Positions 10,674 to 23,439 of a stretch of DNA of 64,000 bases are shown here, piece by piece. The DNA lies in contig RHPI01001831.1 of the NCBI GenBank assembly GCA_009103225.1, positions 13,102-77,101 of the forward strand, in the 5' to 3' direction. The notes below the pieces were generated by a model. It was given only the letters and a program-made list of their open reading frames with translations, ran no database searches and had not been told where the DNA came from. Every line of letters begins with the position of its first letter. The stretch's first letter is position 1. The stretch is from Chlorokybus atmophyticus (Eukaryota > Plantae > Mesostigma and Chlorokybus algae). The position numbers and the translations under genes were made by a program.

Positions 10674-13398
10674 TGTTAGCATGAGCATGTCTTGCACACC
10701 GCTCAGTCCAGTCAGCTTGTGAATTGGCTAAGGCATGAGCCTTAGAGATAATGCTACTAGGGTGAGCTGATATCGATCAGTCATGAGTCTGTAGCAGATA
10801 TCGAGTCCACTACGCGGAGTATGACAAAGCTGGAGACTCCGGACTTGCTCATGAGGCTGGCGCAGCTTGACGCAGCCAACGCCTTGGGAGAACGGCAAGA
10901 ACTCCGTGTGTGCTTAGTCTTAAGAGGCGTGGCTTAGCTTGTTGGAAAGCTTTGGCTATAAGCTAAACATCTAAGCTTACATAATGCCAATCAGCTGAGT
11001 ATAGCTCACGCGGTGCTTGGTAAAGTAGACATGTGTAGTCTGGCTGGTATAAAGGCCAACAAAATTAACAAGTTGTTGGTTCGGGTGAAACCCCTTTGCA
11101 AGCCTTGTGTGCACGCCTTGTGTGTATGTTCTAGTGCATGTGTATGCTATAGTTGGCCAGCGCTAGCTCAGTGTTCAACAGGTTATGGGCCCACACTGCT
11201 AGTGGTTCAAGAGAGGAGACAACACTACAACTAGTGGAAAAGCTGAGCGGAACTGCTACTTGCGGAAGACCACTAAAGAAGGCGTGACAAGATGGCAGAA
11301 GATGAAGGCTCTAGAGTCAGGTTGTCGGTGGCACCTCTGGACCTGGAGAACTACAGCACATGGAGCATAAAGATGAAGGCGCTCCTGAAGCACAAGGGTT
11401 TGTGGAAGTAGGCCGATCCCAACGGTGACGCACCTGTAGAGGGTACGCAGAGTGTGTGGTTGGAGAAGAGTGAAAAGGCACTTGCATTGCTATGCTTGAA
11501 CATGAAGGATCACTATCTTGTGATGCTTGATGACTGTGAGCATGCCAAGGAAGCGTTGCAAAAGCTGGCAGATACATTCAAAGCAAGCAACAATGCAAGG
11601 AAGCTGCAGCTCGGAAGGCAGCTGAACGCGCTGAAGAAGAAGTCAGTGGAGCCTATATCTCCAAGTATGGCGGGACGAGCAAGGGATTTGTGGCAAGACC
11701 TCACTTCGATAGGCCACGAGGTGAAGGAGGTGGAGCTGGTTTGGGCTATCCTCTCCAGTCTTCCTGAGGAGAGTGACGTGGTGGTGGTCGTGCTTGAGAC
11801 GCTAAGGGAAGAACTCAAGCTCAATGTGGTGCTGCCCATGCTGCTTCAACAAGAAGAGACGATAGGCTGGAGAAGGGATGAAGCAGATTCGGTGGCGTTT
11901 GCTGCTTCAAGCTTAAAAAAAGGAAGTCAAGGTGGAGGAGGAGGCTCGTACAACGGTGGCAACAGAAGGGGAAGGACTACAAGAAGACCCTCAAGTGTCA
12001 TCATTGTGGGAAGAAGGACCACTTCAAGATGGAATGCCGGCTGTGGTTAGCGGAGCAAGAGAAGGTGAAGGGTGGCGGACACGACAACAAGGGTGAGAAA
12101 CCCATGGCGTTCATAGCAGCATCATCAAGATCTGCTACTGCTTGGGTGTTGGACTCCAGGTGTGAACAAGCATCTCACCTTTGACAAGGAGCAGTTCCAG
12201 GGCTACAGGCTTATGGACAAGCCTGTCATGGTCACATTTGGAAGCAGTGAGGAAGCAGCCATTGGCATGGGGGACATCCACCTCAAATGCAGTGTTGACG
12301 GAGCTGAGAGGCAAGCGTGCTTGCGCAACGTGTTACATGTTCCCCGAGCGGTTGTTTATCTAGTCTCAGTGCGTGCTGCAAGAGCTGGGGCTATGACGGT
12401 GTTTGAGGAAGATCATGGGCGTGTATATTGTTTGATGGGGTCATGTACATGATCGGCAAAGATTATGGAGGAGGAGAGTATCATGTAAAGCTTGCTAGAG
12501 TGCAAGCGTATACTGCATCGACAAAAGAGTTTGCAGCGCTGTGGTGCAAGCGTATACCGCATCGATGACTTGGACATCTCGGCTACGATAACCTCACCAG
12601 GCTGGTAAAGGAAGACCGTCTTCCACCATGTGACATGGCATCAACAAAAAGCCGGAGGAGTTCAACACCATGCAAGAGTGTTGTGTGAACCCTGTGTGCT
12701 AACGAAGCAACGAAGACTGCCATTCCCAGCATCACACAGTGTGACAACCAAGCCTCTGCAATCAGTACACTCCGATGTATGCGGACCACTGCCTGTTGCA
12801 AGTGCTGAAGGGTACAGGTAGTTCTGTACATTCCTGGATGACTACAGCAAGGTTGCGGTGGTGGTGCCCCTGCATTTCAAGTTGGAAGTGTCGGCACAGC
12901 TGAAGAAGGTACTCACCCTAATGGAGAAACAGATAGAAGAGAAGGCGGTGACAGTGCGGTCAGACATAGGTGGAGATTACATCAGCAAGGAGTTGAAGAC
13001 CTGGTTGGCCGAGCACGGGATCACGCACCTTTACACGGCACCCTGCACCCCGCAGCAGAACGGAGCAGCTGAGAGGCTGAACAGAACCATGTTGGAGAAA
13101 GTCAGAGCAATGCTAGGGGACGCAAAAATGCAAGACCATAGGTGGGGAGATGCACTGCTTACTGCAGCGTATGTGCGCAATCGCTCATCGGGAGCATCTC
13201 AAGCAAAGACACCGTGGGAGCTTTTCATCAAGCAAAGGCCAGACATCTCTATGTTGAAGGTTTTCGTCTCTACAGCATATGTTTTCATCCCCTAGCGACC
13301 GTGAAAGAAGCTGGCGCCCAAAAGCAAAAAGGGCGTGTTTATTGGCTATGAGCTCGACTCAAAGGCCTACCGCGTGCTGCTGGAAGATGACAAGGTGG
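10674..13398 (+). mobile_element. Decayed Ty1/copia retrotransposon: 5' LTR, PBS, gag, protease, integrase; 3' part missing
   Basis: LTR TGTTA..CAACA at 10674-11180; PBS GGTTATGGGCCCA at 11181; gag LDLENYSTWSIKMKALL; knuckle CHHCGKKDHFKMEC; WVLDS; VHSDVCGP, VRSDIGGDY, PQQNGAAERLNRT; several stops and frameshifts. Confidence 0.92.
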
Positions 13399-14056
13399 TG
13401 TTGGAGTTTAGGACCTGGTTCTGCCGTCTTTAGACTTCAGGCAGCTTAATCTGGCTAGGTAGTTAGCAGTTTTGTACTTAGCAATATATTTGAGTATAGG
13501 ACATATCTCTGCCGCCTCTAGACTCTAGTCAGCTTAATCTGGCTGGATACTCATTGGTTTGTACTTAGCAGACTCTAGACCTGTCGAGTTTCCTAACAGT
13601 CCTGGCAGTTTCGACCGTTTAGGGCTTTGTTAGTTTTTGACCAAACCTGACCTGTATGACTACTTGGTAGTTGAAAAGGTTATTTGGGTATAAGGGGACG
13701 CCCATACACGTTTGTAATGATTCACTTTCACTTGTGCTTGAGTCTGGTGGTGGCAAGGCTAGAATCCGGCGTGGCCTGGACGGGGTTTGGTCTGGCGTGG
13801 TCTGACTGGTCATTTTGCACAGACTGTCTGAGGGTGTTGTGTTGTGTATTCACGCCTAGGTAGCTCACATCTCAACAGGTTATGGGCCCACATACGCTGG
13901 GTATTAAGCTGGTATAGGCATTTTGGCGGAACATTTACTTTGATCGTAGCTTTCTAAGTCTGCGCCATTCTGGTGATACTGTGGAGGTCTGGGCGCCTGA
14001 AACTGCTTTTTCTTTTTTGGCCTGATTTGGGCTTGTTTTTGAGCGGGGGGGGTGTT
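13399..14056 (+). mobile_element. Second copia-type LTR (13399-13877) with PBS, short internal region and PPT (TRIM-like remnant)
   Basis: TGTTG..CAACA, then GGTTATGGGCCCA at 13878, then GAGCGGGGGGGG at 14041-14052 followed by TGTT. Confidence 0.7.
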
Positions 14057-16340
14057 ATGACGACCAGCTACTTGACCATGCTTGGGTGAAACGTTGTAAC
14101 ATACCATTCACACCAGCCACGTCTTATGTGCGTGCTGCTGGTTCCACCCTCAGTGCACTTGGGGAGGTGAAGGGTCGTTTTCTTATTGCTGGCCATACAT
14201 CTCGACTTGCCTTCATCGTAGTGGATATAAGTATCCCTGGGGTGGATGTTGTGTTGGGAGAGCAGTGGCACACCGAGGCAGGGTTACAACTCGATTCTCA
14301 AACCAACACGTGCACACTTCGTAAAGGTCAACGAAAGGTGACTTTGAAAGCACATTGTGTGGCACGTGTTGAACGCAATATCGTTCCGCTCCTCGCTGCT
14401 ATGCAATCAAAACGTTGTATGCGCAAACGTGGGGAAGTGTATTTGATGCACTCACAACAGGTAGAACACTTGCAAACCAGGATATTACTGATCCTGTTGT
14501 GCACTCTCTTACGAAACAATATGCAGATGTGTTTTGAGATGAGCTCCCGGAGCTACCTCCTGACCGAAACACACCATACTATTCCGTCGGAAGAGGGCGC
14601 AAAGCCACCATGGCAACCTATGTATTGGTTAAGCCCCTTTGAACACGCGAAAATGAAAAGACAGCTCAAAGAGCTATTAGACAAAGGTTAAATAGCAAAG
14701 AGCATATTTCCTTATGGTGCACCTATTTTGTTTGTGCTAAAAAAAAATGGCAAACTACGCATGTGTATAGATTACCGTGCGTTGAACAACGTAGCTGTGA
14801 AAAATCGATATCCTTTGCCACGCATAGATGATATGTTGAATAAGCTCAGGTGCAACAGTGTTAAGCACACTGGATCTGACCAGTGGGTATCATTAAATTC
14901 ATCCAGCACATGTGCAGAAAACAGCATTTTGCACCCCAATAGGCCACTTTGAATACAACGTATTGCCTTTCGGGTTAACCAATGCTCCTGCTATATCTCA
15001 ATCAGAAATGAATGCAATCTTTTCTATGAATTGTACAAGTTTGTGTACTGAATGATATTATTGTGTTCAGCAAAACGCGGGAACAGCACCACAAACATGT
15101 CGAAATGGCTCTGTCCAAGCTGCGCAAACACAAATTTTATGCAAATCTATCCAAGTGCAACTTTGCAAAGGATGAACTCCCCTTTTTGGAACATATTATT
15201 GGCAAACAAGAATTGAAACTAGATCCTTAAAAGGTATCTGCGGTGAAGGATTGCCGTCACCCAAGGATGTGCATCAATTACGTGCTTTCTTGGGGTTAGC
15301 TAATTACTTTCGCAAGTTCATGCGCGCATACTCGAGCATGGCAGATCCCTTAACATCTTTATTGCGAAAAGATGTCAACTTTTTGTGGACAGAGGCACAC
15401 GAGGTTGCTTTCACACGCATAAAAGATGCATTGTCTCAAGCACCTGTGTTGACTTTTTCAGACCACAAAGCCTTGTGGTTATCTGTGATGCTTCAACCAT
15501 TGGGTGTGGGGCAGTCCTTCCGCAGGATGATAGACCATGTGGGTATGAAAGCAGAAAGTTCATTCCTGCTGAGCGCAACTACAAGACCACTTTGCAAAAG
15601 CTGCTCGGGGTTGCATGCGTTACGCACGTGGCGTTGCTATTCGGAAGGGGTAGAGTTTTTAGTGATTACTGATCATAACCCATTGACCTTTTTTCATACG
15701 CAACACAACCTGTCAAGACGGCAAGCTAGGTGGTATGAGTTCATTTTTCGATTCACTTTTACTTGGCAATACCGTCCGGGTCGCACCAATGTGGCAGATC
15801 CACTAAGTCGCAGCCCTGCACTTTTGGCACTCACACGTTCTCGCAGTACGCGTGACTCGCCACAACCTAAGGACCCTTTTTCAAAGAACGTCTCCATAGG
15901 TTATGCTGTGGATGATTGGTTTAGCAGTCAACCCAACTTACAACAACTCACTGCTGTTGGCAATCTGTGGTATAAAGGAGAGCAGTTGGTAGTCCCTAAC
16001 TCGGGCAACTTGCGCACGCAATGCTTGCAATCATTGCACGACCCACCGTATGCTGGGCATTTGGGTAAACAGAAAACACTCAAATCTGCGCAACAGTTAT
16101 TGGTGGCCGTCAATGTCTGCTGATGTGGATCAATATATTCGCACATGTGATATGTGTCAGTGAAATAAGCTAAAACGACAAAACAAGCGGGATTGCATAA
16201 GCCGTTGGCAATTCCGGAGCACAAATGGGATAGCGTCAGCATGGATTGAATCACTGATCTACCTGACACAGCAGCAAAGTATACTGCTATTGTGGTTTTT
16301 GTCGATCGATTAACAAAAGTGGTGCACTTCGCCCCGTGTT

Positions 16341-16797
16341 TGTTGAAGGTATTATATGGGTGATGCTTGTATCCGGTCAGCTTGCCCTTCATACAGGAGT
16401 CGAGGGTCGAAGGTACCAGGAAGAAGCGCGTGGACACCAGACTTAGCAAGACGGTCGAGTCATGACGGACTCCGGACCAGGCTGCTTGGTAGAGCCTTGG
16501 GAGAAATCGCGTAGCTTTGTGGATACGTAAGCTTAGCAGGCGTGGCTTAACTTGTTGGAAAGCTCTGGTTGTGAGCTAGACAGCGTAGCTTACAGAACAG
16601 CAATCGGCTGAGTATAGCGCACGCGTTGCTTGCCAATGTGGACGTGTGTAGAGACTGGCGGGGTATAAAGCCCAGACTTGTTGCAATGAAGAAGAGAGGT
16701 CACGATGTAGCATGTGTGCGGATGCTATGGCGGCAGTAGCAGTCATGCTCTTGTGTTGATGTTGTTGGCGTGTCACTTGCACGTGTGTATGTCAACA
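16341..16797 (+). mobile_element. Copia-family solo LTR inserted in the gypsy integrase
   Basis: TGTTGA..TCAACA termini, 5-bp TSD GTGTT on both sides, similarity to LTR 10674-11180 (GGCGTGGCTTA.CTTGTTGGAAAGCT, GCTGAGTATAGC). Confidence 0.92.
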
Positions 16798-17505
16798 GTG
16801 TTGCATGACAATTCGTGCTCGGGACTTGGCACATTTGTGTTGACGATCTTTAGGGCACACGGTGTACCTCGTGAGCTCACTACGGATCGAGATCCTCGCT
16901 TTGTTATCAAATTCTGAAAGGAGGTCTGTGATTGTTGGGGGTGACATAAAGCATGTCAACTGCTTTCCACCCGCAAACAGATGGTCAAACAAAGTGAGCG
17001 AATAGAATTTTAGAAAAAATGCTTCGCCACTATGTGGCTCCCTATCATACTGATTGGGACAGGTACTTGCCAATGGGAGAGTTCGCTGTGCACAATGCAT
17101 GGCAGGAGAGTGTAAGGGAAACCACATTTTTCTTGAATTATGGGATTCACCCTAACACACCCGCTTCATTGCGCGTACCTCGCAATGATCTTTATGTGCT
17201 AGCGGCAAAGGAATTTGCCACTACTATGCAAGAACATTTGGCTCGAGCCAAGCTATGTTTGTCACAAGCACAGGACAGGCAAAAAGCTTACGCTGAAAGG
17301 TACAGGGGCGCGCAAGTTGTTGCCCCGATGGTTATGACCATTCTCTATTATCAATAGAGTTGTTGCGCATGCTTACTGACTGCAATTGCCCCCGAGCATG
17401 CGTGTGCACAACGTGTTCCATGTGAACTTGTTGAAACCCTACCGCTCTAACGGTAGAACACAGCCTCCACCACCGCCACACTCAGGTGGACAGCGAGCTT
17501 GAAAA

Positions 17506-20500
17506 TGTAAGGTCGAGGGGAGTCGAGGGTCACACTGTCTCGGGCCGCTGCAGGGAAAATCATGCTTGCTAGCCCTGCTGCTGCAACATGTTACAACATG
17601 TAGCAAAGTAAAAGATAACACAGCTTGTATGGCGAGGAGTGCTTGGTGGAGCTGCTCTGCTGTTGCTGAGTCACACGGACATGTGGAGGCGGTGTCCTCC
17701 TTAGAGTACATGCTGTGCTGTAGGACACACAGTCAACAAGCCACCCCCCCTGAGCTTCTGGGGAGGTTCCAGCTCCAGAGCTCAGCTGTTAACGCATGTG
17801 AGGAGGACCATTGGTGCAGTCGTCGCACCAGTACTCCTCCATGGGTATTGCGTACAATGGGGGCTCCAGACAGTAGCAATGCAGGCCCTTGTTGCAGCCA
17901 TCGCCGAGCATCATGAGTGCGTCGTCGCCGGCACTGCCGCACCGTTCACAGCGTGTGCTGCGGGCGGGGCGAGGGTGCTGGATGCGCGAAGTAAGGGGTG
18001 GACATGGCGCGCAGTTCACCATGTTGTCTTTCAACCTCTCGCCATTCTGACCAAGGAGGTCCAGCACTCCTATGGGGTACACCTTGAGTACCTTGTAGAC
18101 AGTGCGGCCCACGGAGGTGTCGAGCGTGTCCTTGGTAGCCGCGATAGGCAAAGTCTTCTGCTTAAAACCGCCGTTGGCGCTCTCTGTAGAAGCCCCGATT
18201 GAACCTGCTCCATCTCGTTGTGTCCACCCTTGCGGTGTGAGGTAGCCTCTCCCGGGATCTTGTTAATCGTCAGGCAAGTCTTCCAACAAGGCGGGTAGCA
18301 GCGGGGCGATCACCACCCTGGTTTGATAGGCCAGCGCCCTCGTCTGGTCGTTGTCGGGCCCATCAACGAGAGGTGCCGTACTGGATGATGGGCCAGCGAT
18401 TGTGGGTTGAAAAACGCCAGCGAGCGTTGGCAAGGGCGTGTGCTCTTGCGTTGATTGCTGCTGCTTGGTCCTGTCGCCAGGTGAACGCCTGTTCCAGCGC
18501 GGTGTAGCGCTCATAAAGTCGAATGGTATTGAGGGGCCTCAGTGCTTCGTTGTCACCCAGAGGCATGTCGGCTGTATCAGCGATGTGCTGCTGTACGTTG
18601 GGTGGCCCGTCCCATTACGTGTCCATTGGGCTGGGCTCAAAGGGTTCATGACGGACTGGTGCGGTTGGCGTGGCGCCGTCTGCATGTCGTCATGCAGAGT
18701 CTAGAACAAGTGTAGTGCCAACTCCAGTACAACAGGTGTTCTGACTACGAAGACACAGTTTTGCATGGGAGGCACTGTGCCGGCGAGGATTTCATCCTCC
18801 AGTTGCCGCTGAGTCTGTTCTGGCAGCGTGTGATATTCAGGCAGTGGGAAGACTCGGTCACTGCGTTCAACGCGTGTTGTGCGCTCCCCTCCGCGCCCAA
18901 AGCAATGGTAGTGGGATCTGCTCCACGCATAATGGTCTCCCAAGCACGCTCAGCTTGCTGATCTCGCGGGACAGCTTGAGTGACGTCGAGGGCGGGCAAT
19001 GTAGCTGCGCGTGTCGCTGCGGTGGCAGCAGGCTCGACAATGGCACTGCTGGTGGTGGTGAGAGTGCCGCTCAAATAGCGCAAGGGTGGTCTCAACGCTT
19101 GCTGACACAGGTGGCTCTGCAGTTGGAGCGGGACCGGCGCGACCTACTGCTGCAGGGTCGGTGACAGCGGTGGCTGTTGCCAGCGTGCTCACCAGTGTTG
19201 GCGTTACGGTGCTCACTGGTATACCAACTTCTGGTGAAATTGGAGCAGTTGCTGCTGATGTTGACGGAGGCGACGCCGTAGCCAGTGTAACTGTTGCTGC
19301 TGGTGCAATACCACTGGTGGCTTCAGAGGAGGTGGCTGCTGACGATGTTGCGGCATCCCCTCGAACTTGCTGGGATGGTTGAATACGCAACAGAGTGCTG
19401 GTGTCCCTCGTGCGCTTTGGAGCCATCAGTGCCCACCGGGCAGAGTAACAGGCGCGGTAGTCCTGCTCCTTGTCTTCTTCTAAGCGTGCCATACGCGCCA
19501 TGAGGGCAGCCATATGGTCATCAGCTGGCGGGTTGGCTGGAGCCTTGGCGGCAACAGCAGCAGCAGCGCGCGGACGTCCTACCAGTCCCTTACGCTGAGG
19601 AGGGCGATTCTTCCCCCTAGGCCTTGCTCTTCCTTGCGAGCGTTGGCGCAGTTGTTGGTGTTGTTATGGCCTCCGGTGTTGTTGCTGTTGTAGCCACCAG
19701 AGTTGTTGCCGTTGTGGCCTCCAGTGTTGTTGCTGTTGTAGCCACCAGAGTTGTTGCTGTTGACAGGTCTCAACTTAGTGAACTTAAGCCAGCAAACTGT
19801 CTCCAAGTGGCCTGTCTTGTGACAGTAGTCGCAGACCAGAGTTGAGTACTCTTCGGTGCACTCCTTTTGGTAGTGCCCATGCCGTCCACAGCGATGACAC
19901 AGCACAGGGGCAGGCAAAGCAGTATGCGCTGACCGTTTCCCTTTGTCGCGTGCTGGTGGAGCGTCCCGGCCACGTTCGCGGCAAGGAGGCTCGACAGTTG
20001 TGCTGGCTACAGGCCGTGAGGCGCTGCGGTTGGTGTCCAGCACTGCCTTCTCATATACCAAGCGCTTATGGATGGCTTGTGCAGTCTCGAAAGCTTCCTT
20101 GAGCGTGTAGCCAAGGGGTCTGCTGTAGTTCAGGGTCAGGCGCGTTGACTCGCTTAGGGTGGCATCCAACTCATTGACACATACCACTGCAGCAGCCTCG
20201 TCACTGACAATCTTGCAGCCAGTGTCCTTCAACAGAAGTTCCAGTCTTGAGTACAGGCGTATAGGGCCCTCGTTGGGCTTTCGCCGGAACCGCCTCAACT
20301 CCTCCACTTTGCTAGTGGGCTGCGGTGGGAAAGTGCGACGAAGTGCAGCGTATAGATCCTTGAGTGGAGAGTCAGAGATGGCAGCACCTACAGTGATGGC
20401 TGGTGCGCGCAATGTAACTGACCCGAGGGTAAAAGCACTGCCTCCCGCACGAGAGCCAGGTGTTGCCATAGGTAGGGGTGTGCCCACCTCAGCGGCTGCT

Positions 20501-21985
20501 GTTCGTTGTTCTTCAAGGATGACAGCAGAAGGGTCCAGGATCCGGGCCCGTCGTGCAGCCGTCTTGATCTCAATCTCTGCAGGGGTCATATTGACGACCA
20601 CCAACTCAGGTTCCTCTTCCTCTGCTCTATCAGTGGCTGCCGCTATGGACAACCCGGTGACGGCAGCGGGAGTGGCAGGTGGAAAGACGGCTGCTGGACT
20701 GTGCCGTGACGCAAATGCTATGGTACTGGCGAGCTCGCCATAGCCATCAACTCGATGCAGTTCAGCAACAGACTTCTAGACATCATGTACTTCATGGTCC
20801 AGATACTGAGCGGCAATGTGAAAAGAGATCTCATCTGACCAGTCTTTGTTCTTCAAAGCCTGCTGTCGCATCTTGGAGCGGAACTTGATGATGAATTCGT
20901 CCAGCGAGGTAGTGCCAGCACGTCCGCAGAAACAAAGGGATGTGGTTGAGCTGAAAGACTCCATCTCGTAGTCGTCACTGTCGCACGAGAGTGGGAAGCT
21001 CGATGCCGTGGAGTGGACAGGAACGGAGTGAAGTTGAAGACAGCACGAAAGCCTCTGCTGCTATGATCGTTGCCCCCGCCGTTGGTACGCTCGTAGGTGA
21101 GGTTGGAGGTTGGGCTCCAGCTGATGAGGTCACCCTTGTCTATTGGAGAGAACGGGGCGGGCCTGCTTATACAGCGAGTCCAAAGGTGAAAGTGTATGCA
21201 GGGTAGAGTGTTTGTGCTCTATCGCCTGTCGCGATGCCACTACCACTCACCACACTAGTGCCTGTGTGCGCTATGTAATGACAGTGATAACGAATGCACA
21301 GGGATGTGTCCCCAGATACAGACTGCACTATCTGATGCAGAATGCAACGCACTCACTTGAGCAAAGAGGGCGACACTATGAGTCAACAAGCCACTATTAT
21401 AGGTAGTGCTGTTTACACAGTTCTTTGCATGAGCGGAAAATGTGTTACACTGTTAAGTGAGGTGAATGAGCAAGCAACACGTGAATACTATGCCCTAACT
21501 GATGCCAACAACCACACTGCACCCAGGCACACCAAGCTCACAGCGATGATAAGCACGATGCACACACGAGCATGCACAGGCTCTCACACAGTGAAAGGGT
21601 TCTTAATAACCGGGATGGCGTGTTCGCAGTTCAAGTCGTTTCACAAGCTCCCAGCTTTCTCACTCACAGTGTCACCAGCTGATCCGGTGAACACTGTGAC
21701 TACTTATACAAGTCACATCATGACTGTTCAGAACATAAGCTAACGGTCATATCGAGGCTATTTCCACAGCGATTGTCACTCGATATAAAACACAACTTAT
21801 AACTGAACACACAACTAAACAGCTACGCGCGGTGCCTATATAGGCTATGGTCGTGAGCTACCCTGAAGTCATGACCTAGCTACAGGTCAGGGACGCGCGC
21901 GCGTTGGTATGCTGGTAGGCCGGGCGACGGTTTCGATGTAGACATGCCCGATGAAGGCAGGTATGTGTGGGCACTAGGCAGGACA
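17506..21985 (-). mobile_element. Internally deleted Ty3/gypsy-like insertion: putative 5' LTR, gag with two Zn knuckles, extra ORF, integrase C-terminus with PHD finger, PPT, 3' LTR-like end
   Basis: TG..CA ends; flanks AAAA/AATA; gag 20652-19579 with CHRCGRHGHYQKEC and CDYCHKTGHLETVC; PHD at 17950-17816; PPT GGGGGGGTGGC before 17738; 18200-21985 is colinear with 58658-62400. Confidence 0.85.
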
Positions 21986-22306
21986 AATATGAGGTGGAAG
22001 CAATATTGGACTGTAAGCTAAACAAGCGTGGACGCGCGACCCGCTGTGTAGTCAAATGGAAAGGGTATGGCTCGGAACATAACAGTTGCGAGCCCGACAG
22101 GCATCTCACACACTGCCGTGAGTTGCTTCGAGCTTACTGGGATGTACATCCCACCCCGTGAACTGTGGGCTTGGTTGTGACAGATTGGCAGTGCAGTTTC
22201 ATTACCACCCTACCATTTCCTGCTATCTCACTGGTGTCACTGACTCGGGACTAAGCCTGATCGACTTAAGTTGAACGAGGACGTTAAAAACCTAAGTGGG
22301 GGGGAA

Positions 22307-23131
22307 TGTAACGGGAGCAAATATAATAGGGGTATTATTGCTACCTTAATAACATATTATGTGTAGATAAATACATGTAAATGCTTATTTATACCTCTTT
22401 TCTACGGTTCCTCGCTTATGAAAGCTTATAATACTTTTATTATAGCCTTGATAAGTCCCAATGGGTGTAGAATCGCCTATTTAAGCTTATTTAGGGTCGC
22501 ATATCATATGCGATCACTACAGCCAGATTTTGCGATAGGTACCTTATCATTAAATACCTTATCGTTGGATATCAGAGCTCTTATTGGCTCACGCTAGATT
22601 TCTAACGGCTATCCTATTTATAGGGGTGATATCTTGTTGTGTATCCGATATCATCCGATATGTGATACATTCTTGATATATAAGAGAGATATAAGGTCTC
22701 ATCAACTGATGAGACCTCATTCAGTTCTCTGCCATCTGCAGCGTCATGCTGCCGGGGGCGTGACAGGCTTGTCATTGGAAATGTGCAAATTGGGGTAGAG
22801 GATTGAAGGGACGGCGGCCTCATAGGCGCCGTGGTTGTTACACCAACACCATTACCAGCCACGCCGCCGGCCCACACCGCCGCTGCCGGGGCAACTGCCA
22901 GAGCAAAAGATGCTCTGGCTATGGCGGCAGCTGCATTAGCAGCGCCGCAATGCGGCTGATATCGATGTGAGACATGAGTCTCACATCGATATCAGTGCTA
23001 GCGATAAGCTAACACTACATTAAGGCCATAAAGGCCCTAATACGGCTAAATTGGCTGTTTATTACCCGTTGGGACTCTTATTTCCAATTCAATCAGGGCG
23101 GGGATCTGCATAGCGGTAGCACTCCGTTACA
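22307..23131 (+). mobile_element. 3' LTR (825 bp) of the chromovirus
   Basis: Follows the PPT; termini TGTAACGG..CCGTTACA form an 8-bp inverted repeat. Confidence 0.85.
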
Positions 23132-23439
23132 AGATACGACAGATAAAAGACAGACCATACGACTAGGTATAAATTGTGGTCTTCTCTAATCCGGCCAAAC
23201 TATGATAGGTCATGACCAGACCATGGCGGTCCCTTATAAATGCTAGACCTACGTGTTAAACAGGAACTTTGCCAGCACCTTTGCTGGCCAAGTTTCTGTT
23301 TAGCATAGTGCATGTTTGAGTATGCATGTGTGTGTGTGTCTGCATGTGTTGGCATAAACAAACCTGCGTGTGTGCCACTGCATGCTTTTGTGTATGCAGT
23401 TGCGTGTGCATTTGTGCATGCGTGCTCAAGCTGTTTTCC

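Larger units (their letters stand above)
14060..23131 (+). mobile_element. Decayed chromoviral Ty3/gypsy (protease, RT, RNase H, integrase, chromodomain, PPT, 3' LTR) interrupted by two insertions
   Basis: VDVVLGEQW (protease); [26 protein letters not shown] (RT); TDHNPL..LSRRQARW (RNase H); HDPPYAGHLG, TDRDPRF, HPQTDGQT (integrase); YEVEAILD..VKWKGYGSEHNSCEP (chromodomain, 21986-22160); PPT at 22294-22306. Confidence 0.92.

Noticed and set aside
10109-23171. 12-bp direct repeat CGACTAGGTATA (10109 and 23160) as the TSD of the whole nest
   Set aside because: It does not coincide with element ends, and 12-mer matches are expected by chance in 64 kb.
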